Assembly: GCA_964245505.1 (NCBI GenBank)
Contig: CAXTOB010000002.1
Span: 1 to 55,633 of the forward strand
Direction of reading: 5' to 3'
DNA length: 55,633 bases
From: an uncultured Acetobacteraceae bacterium
GTDB taxonomy: Bacteria; Pseudomonadota; Alphaproteobacteria; Acetobacterales; Acetobacteraceae
The notes under the pieces: model-generated
Databases searched by the model: none
What the model was told of the DNA's origin: nothing
What the model saw: the letters and a program-made list of their open reading frames with translations, nothing else
Program-made: the position numbers and the translations under genes
Part shown: piece by piece, positions 46,988-55,633 of the stretch
Numbering within the stretch: the stretch's first letter is position 1
Layout of the letters: each line of letters opens with the position of its first letter

Positions 46988-47091
46988 TAGAGCATGTTCG
47001 GATCAAACGGCTTCGTTTGACCGCATAGATGCCCGCAAAAACAATAGCTGGAGCGAGCTTGGTGCTTCTATCTGCACCAAGCCCGCCCTAG
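46988..47091 (+). repeat. F2 intergenic repeat, copy A (104 bp)
   Basis: About 90% identical by eye to 55404-55507. Hairpins tcaaacg-gctt-cgtttga and cttggtgc-ttctatct-gcaccaag. Termini tagagc...ctag. Confidence 0.75.
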
Positions 47092-47244
47092 GCAGACGGA
47101 ACCATACGGCAGACTACACGTCTAACGGATAACAGGGCGGCATCGGCACGGTATTGCCCCGTCTTTGAAGCGGCGCCGCAATCCAAGCGGCGCCCGGACA
47201 CAGCCGGCGCCGCCCATGCGCGCTGCAACAGTCAGGATATCCCC

Positions 47245-48099
47245 ATGTCTCAATCAAGCTCGCCGGTCTGGTTCATCACCGGCTGCTCCACCGGCTTCGG
47301 GCGCGAGTTGGCGCGCCTGGTGCTGGACCGCCGCTGGCGCGCCGTCGTCACCGCGCGCAACCCGGCCCAGGTTGCCGACCTTGTGCAAGGCCATGAGGAC
47401 AACGCGCTAGCCCTCAAGCTCGACGTGACCGACGACAGCCAGATCGAGGCGGCGGTCAAGGCGACCCAGGAGCGCTTCGGTCAGATCGACGTGCTGGTGA
47501 ACAACGCCGGCTACGGCTACCTGGCCGCCGTCGAGGAGGGCGAGGACCAGGAGATCCGGGCCATGTTCGAAGCCAACTTCTTTGGCCTGGCCACGATGAC
47601 CCGCGCCGTGCTTCCCGGCATGCGTGCCCGGCGGAGCGGCTGCATCGTCAACATCTCGTCCATCGGTGGCCTCGCGAGCTTCCCCGCGACCGGCTACTAT
47701 CACGCCACCAAGTACGCGGTCGAAGGCCTGTCCGAGTCGCTGGCGCTGGAAGTCGCTCCGCTCGGCATCAAGGTCGTCATCGTCGAGCCGGGGCCGTTCC
47801 GCACCAACTGGGCGGGTCCGTCCATCAAGCAGTCCGGCACACGTCTTGAGGACTATGAGGCAACCGCGGGTGTTCGCCGCGCCCAGACCGAGGCACGCAG
47901 CGGCAAGCAGCAAGGCGACCCGGTGCGGGCCGCCGAGGCGATCATCACCGCGGTGCAATCTCCCGAACCCCCGCTGCACCTCGTACTGGGCAAGCCAGCG
48001 CTTGAGATCGGCCGCAAGAAGCTCGTGGCATTGAAAGAGAACTTCGACACCTGGGAAGCAACGACGCTCGGCGCCGACTTCCCCGAAGCAAGCGCCTAA
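47245..48099 (+). CDS. SDR family oxidoreductase
   Basis: TGCSTGFGRELA (TGxxxGxG), NNAG, catalytic YHATK. Confidence 0.9.
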   Translation: MSQSSSPVWFITGCSTGFGRELARLVLDRRWRAVVTARNPAQVADLVQGHEDNALALKLDVTDDSQIEAAVKATQERFGQIDVLVNNAGYGYLAAVEEGEDQEIRAMFEANFFGLATMTRAVLPGMRARRSGCIVNISSIGGLASFPATGYYHATKYAVEGLSESLALEVAPLGIKVVIVEPGPFRTNWAGPSIKQSGTRLEDYEATAGVRRAQTEARSGKQQGDPVRAAEAIITAVQSPEPPLHLVLGKPALEIGRKKLVALKENFDTWEATTLGADFPEASA

Positions 48100-48133
48100 G
48101 CGAACCTCTGGGGGTTTGCCCGCTGATAGAAAG

Positions 48134-48193
48134 CCAAGCAGGCTTGCATGGTCACAGGCCACCTATGTGACAAACCGCGCAAGCCTGCTTAGC
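48134..48193. repeat. F3 palindromic intergenic repeat, copy B
   Basis: ccaagcaggcttgc...gcgcaagcctgcttagc with an inner palindrome gtcacaggccacctatgtgac. Lies between the SDR and AKR genes. Confidence 0.5.
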
Positions 48194-48218
48194 CAAGACG
48201 CGCCGAGGAGTCCGAACG

Positions 48219-49205
<987 letters not shown>

Positions 49206-49238
49206 ACGGCACCATCCACCACCGCGTTTGGAGCAATC

Positions 49239-50234
49239 ATGCAGCACACTCCCTTCGGCCGGACCGGATTGCAGGTTTCGAAGCTCTGCCTCGGGACCAT
49301 GACCTTCGGCTTGCAATGCGACGAGGCCCAGAGCCACTCCATCCTGGATACCGCATCAGCGGGCGGGATCGATTTCCTGGATGCAGCCGACGTTTATCCG
49401 CTGGGCGGCGGCCACAACACCGCCGGGCGGACGGAGGAGATCGTCGGCGGTTGGCTGAAGGGTAAGCGCCACGACTTCGTCCTGGCAACGAAGTGCGTCG
49501 GCTCCATGGGTCCCAAGCCTTGGGACCAAGGCATGTCGCGCAAGCACATACTGAGTGCCGTCGAGGCGTCGCTCCGCAGGCTCGGCACCGACTACATCGA
49601 TCTCTACCAGCTCCACAGCTACGATCCGCATACGCCGATCGACGAAGCGCTCGAGGCGCTCGACACCGTCGTGCGCCACGGCAAGGCGCGCTATGTCGGC
49701 GTGTCGAACTGGCCGGCCTACAAGGTTGCCCGCGCAATCGGGCGCAGCGAGGTGAAATCCCTCATGCGGATCGAATCCGTCCAGCCGCGCTACAACCTGC
49801 TGTTCCGCAGCTTCGAGCGCGACCTGCTGCCGCTCTGCGCGGAAGAGTCCGTTGCCGTCATTCCCTACAACCCGCTGGCTGGGGGTTTGCTGACGGGCAA
49901 GCACAACAGCAAGGAAGCCCCTCCCGAGGGCTCACGCTTCCAGCTCGGCACTGCCGGTGCGCGTTATCAGGAACGCTACTGGCACGGACAGCAATTCGAC
50001 GCCATCGAGGCGCTACGCAAGATTGCCAAGGACGCAGCGATGAGCATGACAACCATGGCGATGCGGTGGGTCATCTCAAATCCCGCGATCACGGCCCCGA
50101 TCGTCGGCGCGAGCCGCCCGGAACAACTGGCTGACAGCCTCGCCGCAGCGGAACAGGGACCACTGCCGGAGGACCTCAAGAGCAAGCTCGACAATGCCAC
50201 CGTAAGTTGGCGAATGGTTGACGCAGACCGCTAG
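49239..50234 (+). CDS. Aldo/keto reductase
   Basis: 331 aa. AKR fold sequence (LGTMTFG, FLDAADVYP, DLYQLHSYD, GVSNW). Confidence 0.9.
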   Translation: MQHTPFGRTGLQVSKLCLGTMTFGLQCDEAQSHSILDTASAGGIDFLDAADVYPLGGGHNTAGRTEEIVGGWLKGKRHDFVLATKCVGSMGPKPWDQGMSRKHILSAVEASLRRLGTDYIDLYQLHSYDPHTPIDEALEALDTVVRHGKARYVGVSNWPAYKVARAIGRSEVKSLMRIESVQPRYNLLFRSFERDLLPLCAEESVAVIPYNPLAGGLLTGKHNSKEAPPEGSRFQLGTAGARYQERYWHGQQFDAIEALRKIAKDAAMSMTTMAMRWVISNPAITAPIVGASRPEQLADSLAAAEQGPLPEDLKSKLDNATVSWRMVDADR

Positions 50235-50251
50235 GCTCTGACGAGTGCTTA

Positions 50252-50432
50252 ATACCAGCCGCCAGAAGTTCTGACCTGCCGGTCTCAACTAGCCCATGTC
50301 ATTGCGAGCCGGCTTCGGCGCGGCAATCTAGGACGGCAAGACCTATGCGTGCAGTCTTGGATTGCCACGCAGCTCGCGCGGCTCGCAATGACAATGCTCT
50401 TCTCAGCGGTCAGAACTTTCGGCGGTTGGCAT
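50252..50432. repeat. Nested-palindrome element E4 (type II outer arms)
   Basis: Arms ataccagccgccagaagttctgacc / ggtcagaactttcggcggttggcat flank gtcattgcgagccggcttcggcgcggcaatctagg ... cttggattgccacgcagctcgcgcggctcgcaatgac. Confidence 0.7.
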
Positions 50433-50573
50433 AAGCCGTGCCGAGCTAAAATCGCAGCGACTCAAATATTGCCCGGCCAGGTGGACCTTTCTGACGAGAT
50501 CGCGAGATATCATCCCCGCTGCCTGCAGCTTGTTCGCCACCCGGCACCGCACTGACGATGCAGTGGGCGTAAA

Positions 50574-51215
50574 TTAAGGCGTGACGGTATCGAGCACCTT
50601 CCTATCTACCACCTGCGCCTCGGCAGCCTGCACCGGCACAGCCAAGGCCGCCGCCTGAGCATCGGCAACCGTCCGCGACAGCATCGCGGCGACCCGGCCC
50701 GCATCGGCAAGGGCAAGCAGCATCGGCTCCGGCCGGCGCACCTGCCAAGGACGCGCGTGCGGCCACAGCCTGGCAAACGCGACGACATGGCCAGGCTTCA
50801 GCCGGATCGGCACATTCCCCAAAGGCCCCTCGGAAACCGCCACCGCCCCGATCACCCGCATCGGCAGAGCCAGCTTCGCGGTCAAGGCGACGCCATACTG
50901 CATCAGCACCCGCTGGTTGGTGATCGTATAAAGCGTGGTCTGCCCCGTCGCCCAAGCGGACGCCGCCACACCAGCCAGCACCAGGCCGCCCATCACCAGT
51001 AGCGGCGCGATGTCTCGCACCGCCTCCCGGGGCGGCAGATGCTCAGCCCGGGCCGCGACGGCATTCACGAACACCAGGGCGCACACCCACAGCACGACCC
51101 CACGGATGTGGAACGCCCCCACCGCCAACCCGCGCCAGCTCGGCTGGCCCTGCCAGACCAGGACCTCCCCCGGCCGCAGCACCGGCGCCGCCGGACGCCC
51201 GAGCAGGCCGCTCAT
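50574..51215 (-). CDS. puhB: Photosynthetic complex assembly protein PuhB
   Basis: 213 aa. LRPGEVLVWQGQPSWRGLAVGAFHIRGV, two TM segments, then a PH-like domain. ATGA overlap with the puhA stop. This is the canonical position after puhA. Confidence 0.75.
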   Translation of the reverse strand: MSGLLGRPAAPVLRPGEVLVWQGQPSWRGLAVGAFHIRGVVLWVCALVFVNAVAARAEHLPPREAVRDIAPLLVMGGLVLAGVAASAWATGQTTLYTITNQRVLMQYGVALTAKLALPMRVIGAVAVSEGPLGNVPIRLKPGHVVAFARLWPHARPWQVRRPEPMLLALADAGRVAAMLSRTVADAQAAALAVPVQAAEAQVVDRKVLDTVTP

Positions 51216-51970
51216 AGCGCGATGCCATCCGAGTGGAACCGCCCGCCTGCATAGTAGGAATTCACCATGTCTTCCTCCCGTCCAGTGATGATGTCCGGCG
51301 CCTTCAGGCGCGGCACATCGTTGAATTGACCCTGGTGCAGGGCGGTCACCCGGATGTCGCGCTCCTGCTCATCCACGTCGCAGTGGTAGATCGGCAGCAG
51401 CACCCGGCCGGTGCCCTGCCCCTCATCAAGGCTGATCTCCAGGTAGCGCAGGACCTTCACGCCACGGTCCACCCAAAGCTCCTCGACCCGGCCGACCGGC
51501 AGGAAGCGTATGTCCAGCACCCGCATTCCGCGCAGGTCGGTTTCGCCAGGCATCACCTTCCAGCCCTTGGCGGCGCGCAGCGGCTGCACCTGGGGTTCAC
51601 CGTCCAGCATCAGGAACGGCTTATCCCGGCGCATGGTGTAGGTGCCCGGCCCCACTGCCGCCGTCAGCGGGTTGCCGTCCGGCTCTAGCGGGCCACCGGC
51701 GAAGCGGAACAGCGGATGGGCGCGTACCGGGGGCGCCGGGTCATGGTGCGGCTGGGCCGTCGCGCTGCCGTCCAGTCGCAGCATCGGGCGGGATGACGGC
51801 TGCAGTTGCGGCCCCGCCAGCGGCTCCAGGCCCAGGTTGTCCTTTGGGTAGCCTTCCCGCCGGTCTTCGCGCACCAGCAGCGCCACAATGCCGATGAACG
51901 CCAGGAAGAACAGCCACCACGCGGCCTGCGCCACGTCTATGTAGTCGGTGATCGCGCCTGCTTGCCGCAT
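51212..51970 (-). CDS. puhA: Photosynthetic reaction centre H subunit
   Basis: 252 aa. N-terminal TM helix followed by REDRREGYP. C-terminal PRC-barrel-like region. GAGGAGG RBS lies in the 11-bp gap after pufC. Confidence 0.9.
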   Translation of the reverse strand: MRQAGAITDYIDVAQAAWWLFFLAFIGIVALLVREDRREGYPKDNLGLEPLAGPQLQPSSRPMLRLDGSATAQPHHDPAPPVRAHPLFRFAGGPLEPDGNPLTAAVGPGTYTMRRDKPFLMLDGEPQVQPLRAAKGWKVMPGETDLRGMRVLDIRFLPVGRVEELWVDRGVKVLRYLEISLDEGQGTGRVLLPIYHCDVDEQERDIRVTALHQGQFNDVPRLKAPDIITGREEDMVNSYYAGGRFHSDGIAL

Positions 51971-51981
51971 GGGTATCCTCC

Positions 51982-53037
51982 TCAGCGTTCAGCTGTTTTG
52001 CTGCTGGCCGGCCCGAGGGCGGGGTAGTCACGCACCATGTTGGCGCCATTCAGCGGCTGTGGGACGCCCTGGTGGCAGGTGGCGCAGACCACCAGCCCGC
52101 TGCCCTGCTGCACCCCGCGCTGCTGTGCCGGGATCACCGGCAGGTCGTTCTCGTGCACCAGCTGCCGGGTTTCCGGAATGGCGGCGGCGACCTGCAGCAG
52201 GAAGTTGTTGTTCAGGTCACGCACCAGGCGCAGGGCGTTGTAGCCGGTCCAGCGCTGCGGCGTGCTCTCGTTCCAATCCCAGAAGGCGCGCGAGTTATGG
52301 CAGTAGCCGCAGTTGACCCCGATGCCATCGGAATACTGCATCATCATCTCATAGACCCGCTTGGCGACCACCTGGTCCGAAACGTGATTGGTCGGCAGCG
52401 CCGTGTCGGACTGCACCCAGATCGGCTCGTCGCCAACATACCACTCGTCCCAGCCGGCGTCCGGGAAGAACTTGCGTACCGTGTCAGCCGACTCCTGCCA
52501 GTTGTCCCGCTTGGCGACGTAGCTGCGATGCGGCATCGGCGCCTGCGGGAACCAGGTCTCCGCCGGCACCGGCTGCCCACGGTGACAAGAATAGCAGGTG
52601 ACGCCGCTGGGCTGGACGTGCTCCTGCCAGTCGGCGTTCAGGTGCCGGGTCATCTTCATCATGATGCGTGCGGCGGCCTTCGCAGGCTTGGCATCGGACG
52701 CCCAGTCATTCCCGGCGTGGCAGAACGCGCAGCCCTCCTGCGGGGACACCCACTGGGTGATGGCATACTGCGTCCGCATGAACTCGGCGGCGCTCACGTC
52801 GGTCAGGACCTGGACGTTCTTATAAACCGCCGTCGCCATGGGGCCGCCGGTTTCGGCAGCCGGCAATGGGACCGGCGCCTTGTTGGAGGCGAGCCAGGTC
52901 TTCACCGGCTCGAACTGGATGCCCTGGGGGAAGCTCATCTCGGTCCCCTTGGCCACGTGCTCCCAAGTCGGCACGAACAGGATGAAGGCGGCGCCGGCCA
53001 GCAGGGCCGCACCTGCGACGAGGGTGAGAGATTTCAT
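51982..53037 (-). CDS. pufC: Reaction-centre tetrahaem cytochrome c subunit
   Basis: 351 aa. N-terminal membrane anchor. Four CxxCH motifs (CAFCH, CYSCH, CGYCH, CATCH). ATGA overlap with the pufM stop. Confidence 0.9.
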   Translation of the reverse strand: MKSLTLVAGAALLAGAAFILFVPTWEHVAKGTEMSFPQGIQFEPVKTWLASNKAPVPLPAAETGGPMATAVYKNVQVLTDVSAAEFMRTQYAITQWVSPQEGCAFCHAGNDWASDAKPAKAAARIMMKMTRHLNADWQEHVQPSGVTCYSCHRGQPVPAETWFPQAPMPHRSYVAKRDNWQESADTVRKFFPDAGWDEWYVGDEPIWVQSDTALPTNHVSDQVVAKRVYEMMMQYSDGIGVNCGYCHNSRAFWDWNESTPQRWTGYNALRLVRDLNNNFLLQVAAAIPETRQLVHENDLPVIPAQQRGVQQGSGLVVCATCHQGVPQPLNGANMVRDYPALGPASSKTAER

Positions 53038-54050
53038 TGCGGCGCCTCCGGCTGACGCACCTCAAGCTGCGGCAGGCGCGGCATGATCCCCGCTGGCAAG
53101 CTGTCCGGGATCGGCTGCAGCCGGGCATACTGCGGCGCGATGCCGTGCTTCACGCCCCACAGATACCAGTTGTCCACCACGGTGCCGGTCATCAGGATGC
53201 CGATGCCGCCGGTCAGCGTCGTCAGCGTCGAGAAGACGAAAAGCCAGCGGTGCACCGAGTCGAAGTTGGCGTTGAACCCCATCGTCCAGCGCCAGAACAG
53301 CGAACCGCGCTCCATCGCCGTGCCGGGATCGGTGATCTCATGCGTTTCCCGCTCGCCGCCGAACTTGGTGACCGCCAGGATGGTGCCGGCGTGCATGGTG
53401 AACAGCATCGTCGAGCCATACAGGAACACGATGCTCAACATGTGGAACGGGTTGTAGAAGATGTTGCCGTAACGAACCGAGAACGTTGCCGTCCAGTTTA
53501 GGTGCTCGATGATCCCGAACGGCACCGCCTCCGACCACGACCCCATCAGGATCGGCCGGATGAAGCCCAGCACGAGATACAGCCAGATGGCCGAGGCGAA
53601 CGCCCAGCATACATGCATTCCCATCTTCAGCGCCCTGGCCCGGCGATACATCCGCAGCCACCACAGCAGGATGCTTGCCGTCAGGAAGAACCCGGCCATC
53701 AGCCACCAGCCGCCATCCTCCAGCGGCGGGAAGATGGACAGGCCCTGCTTGGCCGACGGCGGCTCCAGCGCCAGAAACGGCAGCATCTTGATGAAGCGGA
53801 TGACGTTCCAATCCACCGACGCCCACATGTTGAGGCCGATGATCTCGAACGCGATGAAGCCGCAGATGATCGAGGCTAGGCCCAACCCGCCCAGGTAGGT
53901 CGGCCCAACCTGGTTCTCGCCGATGCGGCCGAGCCAGCGGGAGCGGAACGGACGCAGCAGCCGGGGCGAGCTGCCGCGCGGCAGCGCAATGCCCAGTTCG
54001 TCGGGACCTTGCAGCTCGAACGATGTGTAGAGGGTGTGGTAGCGGGCCAT
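53034..54050 (-). CDS. pufM: Photosynthetic reaction centre M subunit
   Basis: 338 aa. [47 protein letters not shown] and HRW are conserved. AGGAGGAG RBS. Confidence 0.95.
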   Translation of the reverse strand: MARYHTLYTSFELQGPDELGIALPRGSSPRLLRPFRSRWLGRIGENQVGPTYLGGLGLASIICGFIAFEIIGLNMWASVDWNVIRFIKMLPFLALEPPSAKQGLSIFPPLEDGGWWLMAGFFLTASILLWWLRMYRRARALKMGMHVCWAFASAIWLYLVLGFIRPILMGSWSEAVPFGIIEHLNWTATFSVRYGNIFYNPFHMLSIVFLYGSTMLFTMHAGTILAVTKFGGERETHEITDPGTAMERGSLFWRWTMGFNANFDSVHRWLFVFSTLTTLTGGIGILMTGTVVDNWYLWGVKHGIAPQYARLQPIPDSLPAGIMPRLPQLEVRQPEAPQ

Positions 54051-54075
54051 GGCGGCTCCTCCTGGACAAGCGGCG

Positions 54076-54915
54076 TCAGTTGAAACCCGTGGCGCTCCAG
54101 ATCGGGATATGCAGATACCAATCCCACCAATAGGGCCAGCCGCGGGTCCAGACCGTGCCGGAAATCAGGATGCAGATGGCGCTCCAAACCCCGGCGTTGA
54201 TCGCCAAGAAAAAGCCCAGCCGGTGAATGCCCAGCTCGCCGATGGAATAGGCGATGGTGTCGCGGAAATAGACGCTCTCATGCTCGGAGGATTTGACGCG
54301 CCCGCCCGGCGGTGGATGCGCCGATGAAAGGATTTCCGCGCTATGCAGCGCCAGCGCAAAAGTGGTGGTGAAAAAGAACGTCACAGCCAGCATGTGCGCC
54401 GGGTTGTAATGGAAATGTAAATATTGATAGCCGGTGTTGCTGACCCAATCGAGGTGGCTCATGATCCCATATGGGAAACCGTAGCCCCAAGCGCCCATCA
54501 GAACCGGCCGTATCACGACCAGGCTGACGTAGGCGAAAATAGCGGCGGAGAAGCCGATCGGCACATGCAGGCCCATGCCCAGCTTGCGGGCGATCTCCAC
54601 CTGGCGCAGCGCCCAGCTCACGAAAGCGATGATGGCGAACAAGGTAATCCATTGCCAAAGCCCGCCGTCCTGCAAGGGGGCAAAGGCAAGGCCCCGGCTG
54701 ATAGGTGGCGGGTTGATGGTAATGGCAAATGGAGCCCAAGTCGGACCGGTTGCAGCACCATAAAAGATTAAAAGCGTGCCAAGCAGCGCGGAAGCAACAG
54801 CAGTTACGCCAAAGAATCCGACGTAAAATGGCCCGACCCAGAAGTCGAACAGGTCGCCGCCGACCAAGGTGCCGCCACGGATGCGATACTTTGCTTCGAA
54901 CGATAGAAGGGCCAT
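54076..54915 (-). CDS. pufL: Photosynthetic reaction centre L subunit
   Basis: Start [36 protein letters not shown] (ATG 54915) after [37 protein letters not shown] and GIHRLG are conserved. Confidence 0.95.
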   Translation of the reverse strand: MALLSFEAKYRIRGGTLVGGDLFDFWVGPFYVGFFGVTAVASALLGTLLIFYGAATGPTWAPFAITINPPPISRGLAFAPLQDGGLWQWITLFAIIAFVSWALRQVEIARKLGMGLHVPIGFSAAIFAYVSLVVIRPVLMGAWGYGFPYGIMSHLDWVSNTGYQYLHFHYNPAHMLAVTFFFTTTFALALHSAEILSSAHPPPGGRVKSSEHESVYFRDTIAYSIGELGIHRLGFFLAINAGVWSAICILISGTVWTRGWPYWWDWYLHIPIWSATGFN

Positions 54916-54942
54916 TGCACTCTCCGGGAAACCCCTTGTATC

Positions 54943-54960
54943 TGTCAATAAAATCTGACA
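54943..54960. promoter_or_regulatory. TGT-N12-ACA palindrome 1 (PpsR/CrtJ-type operator candidate)
   Basis: tgtcaataaaatctgaca, 28 bp upstream of the pufL ATG. Confidence 0.5.
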
Positions 54961-54963
54961 AAC

Positions 54964-54993
54964 CATGTGTCAACCTAACATGTGTCAACCTAA
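54964..54993. repeat. Exact 2 x 15-bp tandem duplication (catgtgtcaacctaa)
   Basis: 54964-54978 and 54979-54993 are identical. Each copy carries TGTCAA, which reads TTGACA on the pufL strand. Confidence 0.9.
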
Positions 54994-55000
54994 GATGACA
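54983..55000. promoter_or_regulatory. TGT-N12-ACA palindrome 2 (PpsR/CrtJ-type operator candidate)
   Basis: tgtcaacctaagatgaca, 22 bp from palindrome 1, in the pufL / SH3-gene divergent spacer. Confidence 0.45.
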
Positions 55001-55018
55001 TGACAGGAGATGCAATCG

Positions 55019-55366
55019 ATGAACGCTCTTCAATCCGTGATCGCGGTTGCCGCAGCCGTCCTGGCCATCACCGCGCCAGCCCACGCGTGGACTGGCCATG
55101 CGACCCGCGCGACCTTCCTGCGCGCCGGGCCAGGGCTCGAATATTCGGTGACGGACGAGGTGGACCACGAGGCCGCCCTGGACGTGCTGAAGTGCACCGG
55201 CGACTGGTGCGAGGTCCGGTTTGAGGGGTCTATCGGCTGGGTCATGGCGAGCACGGTGACGCAGGCAACGCCAGCACCCGTGCCGCCACATGAAGCGCAG
55301 GCATGCTTCGTGGATCGGCAGGCAGGTTACGGCAAGGGGGAGCAGACCCGATTCTGTCCGCGGTAA
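55019..55366 (+). CDS. Secreted bacterial SH3 domain protein
   Basis: Signal peptide MNALQSVIAVAAAVLAITAPAHA. SH3b-like LRAGPGLEYSVTDEVDHEAALDVLKCTGDWCEVRFEGSIGWV. ATG 55019 lies 8 nt after AGGAGA. The ORF track begins at 55010. Confidence 0.7.
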   Translation: MNALQSVIAVAAAVLAITAPAHAWTGHATRATFLRAGPGLEYSVTDEVDHEAALDVLKCTGDWCEVRFEGSIGWVMASTVTQATPAPVPPHEAQACFVDRQAGYGKGEQTRFCPR

Positions 55367-55403
55367 GCAGCCGGCCATCCACCTGAAGCGCCTGGATGCG
55401 CCC

Positions 55404-55507
55404 TAGAGCATGTTCGGATCAAACGGCTTCGTTTGACCGAACAAATGCTCGCAAAAACAACAGCTAGAGTGGGCTTGGTGCTTCTATCTGCACCAAACCC
55501 GCTCTAG
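55404..55507 (+). repeat. F2 intergenic repeat, copy B (104 bp)
   Basis: Aligns end to end with 46988-47091 with a handful of substitutions and the same two hairpins. Confidence 0.75.
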
Positions 55508-55531
55508 TGCCCCATCATTCCTGATTTGATA

Positions 55532-55633
55532 ATACCAAACGCCTTTCGCTCTGACCGTTTTCGTCATTGCGAGGAGCACAGCGACGCGGCAATCCAGAGC
55601 GGCAAGCACAGTGCTGGCGGCCCTGGATTGCCG
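55532..55633. repeat. Nested-palindrome element E5 (type I), truncated by the window end
   Basis: ataccaaacgcctttcgctctgaccgttttc followed by gtcattgcgaggagcacagcgacgcggcaatccag...ccctggattgccg. The tail orientation is opposite to E1. Confidence 0.7.

Overview
High-GC window, probably from an alphaproteobacterial anoxygenic phototroph (inference from gene content and repeat type). About 45 genes are supported. 0.4-22.5 kb: an ABC-2 exporter, then a large acyl-CoA catabolic island with four acyl-CoA dehydrogenases (one disrupted), two family III CoA-transferases, a split MaoC hydratase, enoyl-CoA hydratase, HMG-CoA-lyase-like enzyme, MmgE/PrpD protein, acyl-CoA synthetase, two tandem IclR regulators, an orphan binding protein and a TRAP transporter. 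22.9-25.2 kb: a PfkB kinase and a ROK-like kinase. 26.7-34.8 kb: a K+ channel, a hydantoinase/carbamoylase pair with an amino-acid ABC transporter, and an amidohydrolase. 35.2-39.4 kb: a 1388-aa SNF2 helicase. 40.3-50.2 kb: a glycogen-debranching-type gene with an internal stop, a cobalamin-riboswitch-controlled NiCoT transporter, a molybdopterin oxidoreductase, and SDR and aldo/keto reductases. 50.6-54.9 kb: the most unusual locus, a tightly packed reaction-centre operon pufL-pufM-pufC-puhA-puhB with no pufBA, bch or crt genes nearby. It is preceded by two TGT-N12-ACA palindromes and bracketed by palindromic repeat elements. Other notable points: an apparently circularly permuted ROK-like kinase, in-frame minisatellites in several genes, three intergenic repeat families, and five disrupted or truncated genes. 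No tRNA, rRNA, CRISPR array, transposase or integrase was found.
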